From positions 2,241,666 to 2,305,665 of the forward strand of contig NW_003526943.1 of NCBI RefSeq assembly GCF_000181795.1: DNA of 64,000 nucleotides, read 5' to 3'. Below the pieces are notes generated by a model. The model was given only the letters and a program-made list of their open reading frames with translations, had not been told where the DNA came from and did no database searches. Origin of the DNA: Trichinella spiralis (taxonomy: Eukaryota). Positions 37,381-47,969 of the stretch are shown here, piece by piece. Each line of letters starts with the position of its first letter. Position 1 is the stretch's first letter. Position numbers and translations under genes: made by a program.

Positions 37381-39544
37381 CCCTTTGATGGATTGTTGGG
37401 GTAGAGCCCACCCCAGGGGGTTTTCTTTTCGTCGCATTCTGTCAATTTTCATTTTTATAGTCTGAAGCTTTGTGACATCTCTTTTGAAACAATAAGACAT
37501 ATTTTGAAAGAAATTTCAATGTTCCAGGATTTTTTGTTCGGTCTACAGAACATCGTAAACTTAAAAGGTACGTTGTTGGATTGTTGGGGTAGGCCCCACC
37601 CCACTTTAGAAAAACACGTCTAAAAAGCTGGGAGTATGTTCAATTTTTATGAAATTTATTTTATTGGATAGTTCGAAAAATTCGGTACATGATGGTATCA
37701 AAGTATTTCCAATTTTAATAATTTTAAAGCCTTTTATTGGCAAAAAATGCGACAAAATTTTGGTTAAAAAATCGTCTTTTTTTAGTTTTTTTCTTTGCGT
37801 GTACTTAATTTTGTAAAATTCGTGAAACAAATTACGTTATTGAATAGAGTACGTTATTCTGCACATTTTGATACCAATCTCAGGTCTATAGTCGTTTTTT
37901 TTGGTTCCGAAAAAACTTCGTTTATCTAAGCCCTTTCTATACTTTTAACATAAACATATGGAAAAGTGTTGAGCAAGAAATCGATATTCCACATTTTTTT
38001 TTGATTTCAGTATCTATAATTTATTTATTTTTATGTATTTTGATTAAAATTTCATTATTTGAAATAAATTTTAGGTCTCTTCTAGCTGAAAAATTCAACA
38101 AAATTGACGTAATAAATCTGTTGATCTTCCATTATTGGGAAGTGCTAGGATTAACATCACAATGCTCACAGTAGCTGCGCAGATGTTCATTGCAGCATGG
38201 CTTTCTACACTTTATGCAGCTGGATCTTACTTTTTTGTCACGTTTTCTTCCACAAAAGATGCATCTTCCATAGATGTGTTTTTCTTTTTTGCTTGCTTTG
38301 ACCGCTCGGCTGACGTCGCTGTTCCCATTGATTCAATCGCTTTCCTTACTGTGTAAGGAAGGGATTGCGGGGGACTGGCAGCACGTTTCTGAAGAACGAT
38401 GTCCACTAAGTTTTTGCCACACTCTATCAAAAATAGTCTTCTACGCTGCGATTTTCGGGCGTTCCAATCTGGATTTTTACATGTCCAAATAACATATGCT
38501 GCTAGACCTGCGCAATCTAAAGTATTGAACCATAGAACCATTGGCCACCGCCGGGTGCGTCCCTTGCATGTGTATACCCGTACAAGCTGGTCTAGGGTAT
38601 CCACACCGGACTTTGTTTCATTATAAAACAGCACGATATCTGCTTTTCTTTCTTGATCTTCATTTACTGCATCATCATGGTGCATGGTCGACAACAGCAA
38701 GACGCATTTCTTTCGCTTCAGGATGTAGCTCACAAAAGTGAGCTGTCCATCGAAGCAAAATAATGACGAACTCACTTCTCGTCCCATGGCTTCTGCTAAT
38801 TCTGATGGCACTTCTGTTTTATTCCTCCGTAATGTTCCCACAATTATCGTTTTTTTAGCTAACGGATCTTCCACTGCATTCTGCTTCCATACTGCAATGA
38901 ACATCTGCGCAGCTACTGTGAGCATTGTCATGTTAATCCTAACACTTCCAAATAAAGGGAGATCAACAAATTTATTACGTCAATTTTGTTGAATTTTTCA
39001 GATAGGAGAGACCAAAAATTTATTTCAAATAATGAAATTTTAATCAAAATACATAAAAATAAATAAATTATAGATACTGAAATCAAAAAAAAATGTGGAA
39101 TATCAATTTCCTGCTCAACACTTTTCCATATGTTTATGTTAAAAGGATAGAAAGGGCTTAGATAAACGAAGTCTTTACGGAACCAAAAAAAAAGACTATA
39201 GACCTGAGTTTGGTATCAAAATGTGCAGAATAACGTGCTCTATTCAATAATGTAATTTGTTTCACGAATTTTACAAAATTAAGTACACGCAAAGAAAAAA
39301 ACTAAAAAAAGACGATTTTTTAACCAAAATTTTGTCGCATTTTTTGCCAATAAAAGGCTTTAAAATTATTAAAATTGGAAATACTTTGATACCATCATGT
39401 ACAGAATTTTTCGAACTATCCAATAAAATAAATTTCATAAAAATTGAACATACTCCCAGCTTTTTAGACGTGTTTTTCTAAAGTGGGGTGGGGCCTACCC
39501 CAACAATCCAACAACGTACCTATCGCCAACAATCCATCAAAGGG
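37381..39544 (-). mobile_element. Non-autonomous piggyBac derivative with ~640-bp internal inverted repeats (foldback-like)
   Basis: TTAA at 37377-37380 and 39545-39548. TIR CCCTTTGATGGATTGTTGG at both ends. Long inverted repeat ~37566-38206 versus ~38887-39521. The central transposase C-terminal fragment (VGTLRRNK, LLLSTMH, YNETKSGVDTLDQ, TRRWPM) is followed by a frameshifted Cys-rich domain GRCIFCGRKRDKKVRSSCIKCRKPCCNEH. Confidence 0.92.
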
Positions 39545-40389
39545 TTAATAGTTACTGTATTTGGATTTGCGTAAACAGAAACTGTAAATGTACTAATTTT
39601 GTTCAGTAAATATCATATCGCTGTCACTTTTTCAGTATTTATAATTTTTGTTTTTCTTAATAATTTCAATATTATTTTTTTCATTTTTAATAATTGAGCA
39701 GTATGTCTAATTGTGTTGACTGTGGCCATTTGGCAGCAGTTTAATTCCATGTGACATTGAAAAAAATTTAAGAACGCTTGAATAATACTCTGTCATAGCA
39801 AGATGAAAACATTGAGTTCATCGGACGATTCCACTCAGCATACATTATGCAGTTTCCACACATCCCTCGAAATGAAATGAATCAAAATTTTTTATGTTTT
39901 TAAATAAATGAAATTAAACTGCAAATAAAATTCTAAAACAAATGCATTTTGGGTTATGTAACATCTGACGGTAACATCAAATGGAAAATCAAGTGAAAAT
40001 TTATACAGTAAAAAAGCTTCATTTTAGTTCAGTTTCATTCAACTAAAACTTGAAACACAATTACTAATAGAATTAGAGTAGGAGAAATTAAAAAACTGTA
40101 GAGATTAAAATTTTTTTTCTGACTATAAAAAGCACATTCAAAATTTGGAAAAGACCGTAGCACGTAAGCTCCAATTTTAAATGGCATTTTAAATTATAAA
40201 TATTTCATAAATGCAGGAAATTATATTTCTATAAATCAAGGAAAGAATAAGCAGCTCTTGTTCAGATGGCAGCTTCAACAAAATAATTGATGCATATTCA
40301 TGCTTTAATCAGAAAAGAAGAATGTGCAAATCAGGTTCATTTCAATTCAAATTACTCATACATTATTTGTCAATCTCAGTATAGTAAAC

Positions 40390-40481
40390 AACCAATCACT
40401 TTAAGACACGTCTTCAAATTTATAGCAAATTCCTGTGATTGGACAGGTTTAAAGTACTTCTGTATTTAATCAGGGACAACA
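40390..40481 (+). promoter_or_regulatory. Actin-2 promoter: inverted CCAAT pair plus TATA-like element
   Basis: CCAATCAC at 40392, GTGATTGG ending at 40442, then TATTTAA. Confidence 0.6.
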
Positions 40482-40595
40482 GTACTTTAATTCATTTTAC
40501 ATTCTCTTCCTTGTTTGAGTCAGCGGCGCCTGATATCTCTCATTCAACCAACCTCTATTTTTTGTTTTGTCATGCCTTCAGAATTTTACAGTCAG

Positions 40596-41906
40596 ATGGA
40601 TCCTGATTCTACCAGACCAGTAGTGATTGACAACGGAAGTGGGGTGTTCAAAGCTGGATTTGCAGGAGATGATGCACCCATTTCAGTTTTTCCATCGATC
40701 ATTGGCCACCCACGATATCAAGGTGTATTGATTGGCATGGCAGAAAAGTCATCTTACGTCGGTGATGAGGCACAGAATATGAGGGGATTACTGACGATAA
40801 AATATCCAATAGAACATGGAATTGTTACCAACTGGGATGACATGGAAATACTGTGGCATCACACCTTTTACAACGAAATGCGAGTAGCGCCGAAAGAACA
40901 TCCAGTGTTGCTAACTGAAGCTCCTATGAACCCAAAGAGTAATCGAGAAAAAATGATGGAGGTATGAAAAATATTTAACAATGTTTCTTCCACTTTTGCA
41001 TTATTTCACATTCATTTTATTCTGTAGATAATGTTTGAATCATTCAAAACGCCAGCTATATATGTTGCTATACAGGCAGTTTTGTCACTGTATGCAAGTG
41101 GCAGAACCACAGGCATTGTTTTAGATTGCGGTGATGGAGTCAGTCATACGGTACCAATTTATGAAGGGTTTGCAATGCCACACGCAATTTTGCGCCATGA
41201 TTTAGCAGGGCGTGATTTAACTAACTATATGATAAATCTGTTGACTGAACGTGGTTATTCATTTACCACCACTGGTAAGCTTGAATGTTTCAGCCATGAA
41301 GTCATTCACTTTATATCTTTGTTTTGTTCAGCTGAACGAGAGATTGTCCGTGACATTAAGGAAAAGCTCTGTTTTGTGGCAGGTGACTTTGAACACGCGA
41401 TCATTACAGAGCGCATGAATAGACGGTTGAGCGCATCATATCAACTTCCAGACGGACATGTGATCAAGATTGGCAGTGAACGCTTCCGTTGTCCAGAAGC
41501 GTTATTTCAGCCATCATTGTTGGGCTTAGAGTGTTGTGGACTTCCTGAGACCATAAACATCTCAATTATGAAATGTGATCTAGACTTGCGCAGTCAACTG
41601 TATGAAAATGTCATTTTGTCTGGGGGATCCACAATGTTTCCAGGCACAGAACATCGAATGACGAAAGAATTAAGAGTGTTAGGACCGGAGTAGGTTACTT
41701 TATTATTCTGTTACAATTAATGGAAGTGATTTAGGTTCTGTTTTAGTGCAGTTAATGTGAAGATTCACACCCCACCTGAACGGAAGTATTCAGTTTGGAT
41801 TGGTGGATCCATTTTGGCTTCTCTGTCAGCCTTTCAAAATATGTGGATTTCTTACAAAGATTATGAAGAACACGGAAGCGCAATTGTTCATCGGAAGTGC
41901 TTCTGA
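40596..41906 (+). CDS. Divergent actin, copy 2 (376 aa; exons 40596-40961, 41028-41274, 41332-41689, 41747-41906)
   Basis: Same exon lengths and motifs as copy 1. The duplicated block spans ~26180-28058 versus ~40330-45915, with the Gypsy insertion inside the second block. Confidence 0.95.
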
Positions 41907-42050
41907 ATGGAGAAATGAATGCCAAAATTAGTTACTCATCTTGAATCACTATCATTTTTTGATATAATGCATTACTTTTATACACAAATCATTACTTTTG
42001 TATAAAAATATAACTGGATTTGTTTTTGTGATAAATATTATTAAATTGCT

Positions 42051-45000
42051 TGTGGTAGGTACAGTAAACCAGTTCCTTTACTTGATGCTTTGATCTTACG
42101 TGATACTATAGCATTATCTCATGTTTGTATCGCGTATATTCATTGCGTTCTGTCTAATAAAACTCGGCTCTTCAGTGAATCATTACAATTTATTGCACAG
42201 CTTGTTATCATGAATAAGACACTCTCTTTGAACTAACTTGCTATCGATCCCACTGCCCCAGACGCCGAAAAGGAATGGAAGTTCTGGCTTCTTCAATTCC
42301 AAGACTTTGTTCAACTGACCGTGGAACCTGGGATCGACCTGTTGAAACTCTTGCGTCTCTACTAACCGCATCTACTTTTGAATACGTGCAAGGCTGCAAG
42401 ACTTATGACGATGCGATAGCGAAACTGAGCGAAGTTTATGTTAAACCGAAAAACGTGATTTTTGCCAGATATGAATTCATCTCCAGGAAGCAACGAGACG
42501 GTGAATCGCTGGAAGAGTTTCTACATGCACTCCAACGTCTGAGTAAGTACTGTGAGTTTAAAAATCTTACCGCTGAACAATATCACGATGAGATGATTGG
42601 AGACACTCTTATAAACAATATGAGCTCTAACGAAATCCGCACGCGCCTTTTGGAACATAGTGTGATAAGTCTACAAGAAGCTGTGAATAAGGCCATGGTA
42701 TTAAACTCTGCCAAAGAAAATGCGAAGCTATATACCAATTCCGACCTGATTATTAACTCAGTGAGCCCTGCAGACCCTGGGATTGAAATGACTAATACGT
42801 CAGCTGCGATTAAACAAGAATGCTACTTTTGCGGAAAAGGGCGACATCCACGTATTAATTGCCCCGCGAGTAACATCTCATGTAATAACTGTGGGAAAGT
42901 AGGTAATTTCGCAGAAGTATACAGAAGCGCCTCCAAACGAACCGCTTCTGTTTCGGTTACATCGTTAATCAGCTCTTCTACTTTGTCAACGGCTACTGAA
43001 TTTAAAAATGCCATAGTAGAAGCTACAATCAACGGGACCAACATTACAGCTCTGAGCGACATTGGCAGCTCTCTAAGCTTTATTGATGAGCGATTATGCA
43101 AAACCTTGCAGCTGAAACTACTGCCAGTTGATGGAAAATTTCTTATGGCTTCGACTTCATTCTAATCAAGAGTCACAGGCTATGCCATGGCAGACATCGA
43201 ATTACACGGCTTTCATTGTTCCAGTTCCAAACTGCACATCTTACCGAATGCCTATACTGACGTCATTATCAGACAAGATATACTACAACTACACTCTAAC
43301 CTGACTGCCTCTTTTGGCAGACCAAAAGCTCCCTTAACCATCTGCGGACTAGCGTTAGCCAAAATCCCAGTCCCTTCCCTATTCGTGAATCTCTGTACAA
43401 ACTACAAACCGGTAGCGGTGAAATCAAGAAGATATTCTGTCGCGGAAGCAAAGTTCATCAACGACGAAGTAAGACGATTATTGGCAGAGAATATCATTGA
43501 AGAAAGCTGCTCTCCATGGAGAGCGCAGGCCCTCGTAGTGACTAGTGATAATCACAAGAAGCGCATGGTGATCGACTATTCTCAAACTATCAACCGCTTT
43601 ACACTACTTGATGCGTACGCTCTACCTAAAATCAATGATATGGTACAAGCTATATCGAAATACCGTTTCTTCAGTACCGTCGATCGAAAGAATGCGTATT
43701 ACCAAATTCCCATCAACGCTAGAGACAAATCATAAACGGCTTTTGAAACTGGCGGAAGACTTTACCAGTTCAAACGCATTCCATTTGGAATTACGAATGG
43801 TGTTGCATGTTTCCAAAGAATCATGGATAACATCCTTAGAGTAGAAAAATTAAAAGATAGTTTTGTCTACGTTGATAACGTTACAATCTGTGGCATGAAT
43901 CAAGAAGAGCATGACAAAAACCTGAATAGATTTGGAGAGATCGCTAAGAAATACAATCAGACGCTTAATAAGGACAAATGTGAGTTCACAAAGACATAGA
44001 TAAAACTACTCGGATACATCATCGAACAGGGAACATTTAAACGTGACCCAAAGAGATTCAAACCACTTCAACACTTTCCCCTTCCAAGAAATACAGCATC
44101 ACTTCATAGAGTGCTCAGGATGTTCGCTGCTTATTCCCAATGGATACCTAGATTCTCAGAGAAAATACACGCTTTGACTAGATGCACAAAGTTTCTCTTC
44201 AATAGCCAGCTGTGGACGCTTTTAAAGCACTGACAAAGGACACAGTGAACTCTGTAGTGACTGCCATCGATGATGAACTCCCATTCACGGTAGAGACAGA
44301 CGCCTCTGACCACGCCATAACCGCGACCCTCATTAAGCTTGGTAAGCCTGTAGCATTCTTTTCTAGAATGTTATCTTATAGTGAACAAAGGCACTCTTCT
44401 GTGGAAAAGGAAGCGTATGCAATCGTAGAAGCAATCCGGAAATGGTGACATTACTTGCTGGGGCACTATTTTCATCTAATTACTGACCAGCGATCAGTTG
44501 CCTTCATGCTTAACAATAAACAAGCCGGCAAAGCGAAGAACGACAAAATAATGAGATGGAGACTAGAACTATCTCTTTAGAGTTATGACATCATATACCG
44601 TTCTGGTGACCTAAACATAAAGGCAGACGCCCTATCTCGAATCTGTGGTAGCATGCAAGTAGAGAACGTCACACTACAAACCCTACATAACAATCTGTGT
44701 CATCCCGGAGTAACCTGTATGCCCCCTTCGAACGGTTAAGTATCGATTTTAAATGGCCACTACCATCTACATCAAGTAATCGATGTATATCAACCGTAGT
44801 CGACGAGTATTCCTGATTCCCGTTTGCATTTCCATGCCCAGACATCTCTACCCAAACAATCAACAAATGCCTATCCCAGCTTTTCTACTTATTTTGTATG
44901 CCTGCTTATATTCATACGGATCACGGATCCTCATTCATGTCGAACAACCTGAAAACATACTTACACTCACTTGGCGTGGTCACCAGCCGCACGACTACGC

Positions 45001-45756
45001 ACAATCCTCAAGGAAACGGAGAGGCAGAAAGATACAATGGAATTATGTGGAAAGCGGTCACTTTAGCGCTAAAATCCCACAATCTAGGATCGAACAATGG
45101 GAAGAAGTAATAGGATTAGCGTTACACTCACTACGCACGTTGCTGTCGACAGCAACTAACGGTACCCCTCATGAGCGTTTATTTGGTTACCCGCGTCAAA
45201 CACTTACGGGTACATCCCTCCCTACTTGGTTAACAACACCCGGAATTGTACTAATGAGACGGCTCAACCGAACAAACAAACACGACCCCCTAGTAGAAGA
45301 AGTGGAACTGCTGGAAGCTAATCCTAAATATGCCCACGTCAGACTATCAGATGGAAGAGAAACCACTGAATCACTCAGGCACCTCGCGCCCGCTAGAGGA
45401 AAGTTCGTGACTGAAGATGGCAGCTTAGATGAAACACAAGTGGGAACTGGAGCTCATCGCGAAGAAAATGAAAAAGCTGAAAAACCGGACGCTAACGACA
45501 TTACACCAGAAAATTCAGAAAGAAAGACAGGAACATCATCAAACACCACCACGACGCTCCACAAAAATAAGACGAGTACCACAACGCCTGCAGGGCAACG
45601 TCCTATACTAGGCGAGGGGTGAATGTAGTGGATACAGTAAACCCAGTTCCCTTACTTGAAAATCTTACGTGATACTATAACATTATTTCATGATTGTATC
45701 TCGTATATTGCTTGCGTTCTGTCTAATAAAACTCGGCTTTTGAGTGAATCATTACA
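42051..45756 (+). mobile_element. Ty3/Gypsy LTR retrotransposon with both LTRs and a decayed gag-pol
   Basis: LTRs TG...CA at 42051-42187 and 45624-45756. PPT-like AGGCGAGGGGTGAA precedes the 3' LTR. 5-bp TSD TTGCT/TTGTT, with the empty site TTGTT visible in the paralog at ~27898. Domains in Gypsy order: gag knuckle CYFCGKGRHPRINC, protease ALSDIGSS, RT (SPWRAQ, RMVIDYS, PFGITNG, YVDN), RNase H ETDASD, integrase IHTDHGSSF. Several stops and frameshifts. Confidence 0.95.
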
Positions 45757-46085
45757 TTGTTAAAATAAAAAAATGTCTGTTACTTCTAAATAATGTTTCA
45801 CAATATCATGGAATGAAAAGAATGAATCAAATTGTTTAGTAAATTATGATAAGCACTTTTTCAAACTTCCTCTTTCGTAATGATCAATAAAATACATGAA
45901 CATAATTGATGTTTATGTTGTGACTAAAAATCCAGTTATTTTCTGTGTAAAGCAATGCTCTTCTTAATTTAGTCTTTTGTCACACTGCATTTTTTTTGAC
46001 CGATTCACCATATAAGTAAATCATGAAGTGCATAAAATTTTTATTCTTCATTTTCTATTGCTACCAAAAACGTCAATAACTATTA

Positions 46086-47030
46086 CCCCTCATCCGGGCG
46101 GCAAATTTTACACCTTAATTCGGGCACCTGTCTACATATGTGAACACTAGAAGTTTCGTCGTGATTAGTCCCTGTACATTATGGTAAAATGATTATTTTT
46201 TTCAAGAATTAATGATAACTTCACAAGCAGATTATTTGTTTAAAGCAATGCAAGCGCTGCACGATATTTTAGTCATTTTATGGCGCTACGTATATATTTT
46301 TTTTACATGAATAGCAGAGGTTTTGCGTTGATTTTCGACGTCCTTGCACTCGGCATTTTGATGGATTTTATCGTTTCATAACTCATATCTGTAACATTTA
46401 TGATCTTGGGGCACTCCGTAGCGGACAAAGGCATGTTTAGTTTGTGCATAGATTTTTTCATTTTGATAACTCATTTCGATGTGCTTGACCAGCTGAAAGC
46501 TCTCTCATAAAACGCTCTTTTATCTTCTGATAACTTTGCTTATGTTTTATCAGTAAGAATGCGTTGTTGATGCACACCTCAACAATGAAGTACAACATCA
46601 GCATGGTGTATCTGTTGGTCTTTCTTATACAGCGAAAATCCTCTATTCTTGCATCCATGCTATCCACGCCTCTTTTTGCCAAGATTATAGCCATTCATGA
46701 TGTTTGGTCTTTTGTCATCTTGCGGGTTGTCTACTTTCAACTTTGTGTGGCATGAAGTCAACAGAAGAACATTGCTGTCTTTCCTTGGCACGTAGCTGAT
46801 CAACGTAATGTCGAGTAAAAATCACGTCGTGCTGCTTTACGCACACATGCAAGAACATAACGACGATGTGCAAAAACTGTACCAATAGCTGTAAGACCAT
46901 GCTCAAGAAAATATTCCACAGTAGAATATGATGCAAAATAACGGTCCATATAAACGGTTCTGTTAGAGTTCACAAATGGCTGTGCCAATTGCTCAACATT
47001 GGTGCTTGCTAGATCAATTTGGATCGTGTA
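46086..47030 (-). mobile_element. Decayed piggyBac transposase fragment (3' half)
   Basis: LAQPFVNSNRTVYMDRYFASYSTVEYFLEHGLTAIGTV and KRGVDSMDARIEDFRCIRKTNRYTMLMLYFIVEVCINNAFLL match the piggyBac second and third Asp regions. Ends not resolved. Confidence 0.75.
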
Positions 47031-47969
47031 AACTAAAATACGCCAGTGGAAGAAAAAAATGTTTTTCATTCTTAAATGGTAAGTAATAGGCAATTACGAT
47101 TGCATTATTGTATTACAATTTGTTTTAATATGATTTATTATCCATAATTAATTTTTTGAATTTTTAAACTTCAAATTTTAAAAGAGAAGCATATTTATTT
47201 AGTTGAAATATATTTAGTCAACTGTTTAACTTTTAGTTGACAATTTTCGGTGACTGCTGATCAGCCTACTAACACCGCGCAGATCGACACAAAAAGAAGA
47301 AGAAAAGGCCTGCACAGCCAATATTAATTGTTCTATGTGCTAATTTTATGCTGAAGACTTAACAGACAGTTTTAATAAAATTTTCAGCATTTACAAGAAA
47401 ACAAAATTTCTGACAATTATTCTGATTTTTGAAATAAATTTATTTTATATTTTTATCAAATTTAAGTTCTAAATTCATTTACTAAAAAATTCTTTAAATA
47501 TAGCTATGATTTGACACATTTTATATTGCAACATTTGAAGCTAATATCATTTATCTTAATTTTCTTTATATTTACAGTATTCGTATGTAGTAAAATTATT
47601 TTCTTATTGATTGATTTGGTTTGTTGAAATAATTTTCATTTAAGCTTTGTTTTAAAGTATTGAAAATTGAAAATTATTTGAGAAATATTTTATTTTTCGG
47701 TGTTCTTGCATTCTCTTTATGCTGTGTTTGATGCGCTGTTTGTTTTTCATCAAATTGTTTTATACGTTATAGTTGCAATGAATTTTAATTTCTGTGTTTA
47801 AATTTTTATTCAGCCGAGGATCTTCTAAAGAAAGCTAATGTCATTTGTTCTTCGGCTTCCATTCATATTTTTCAGATAAATGTTGAATGGCAATTGAAGA
47901 ATGAAAATTTTCAGTTTCATGATTTGTTCCATTTCATCATGAGTAATTTTTATTTTGCAACTTGAAAAT

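Noticed and set aside
37606..39481. Two identical 74-aa ORFs as a duplicated gene
   Set aside because: They lie in the non-coding arms of the transposon inverted repeat, start at non-ATG codons and have AT-biased composition.
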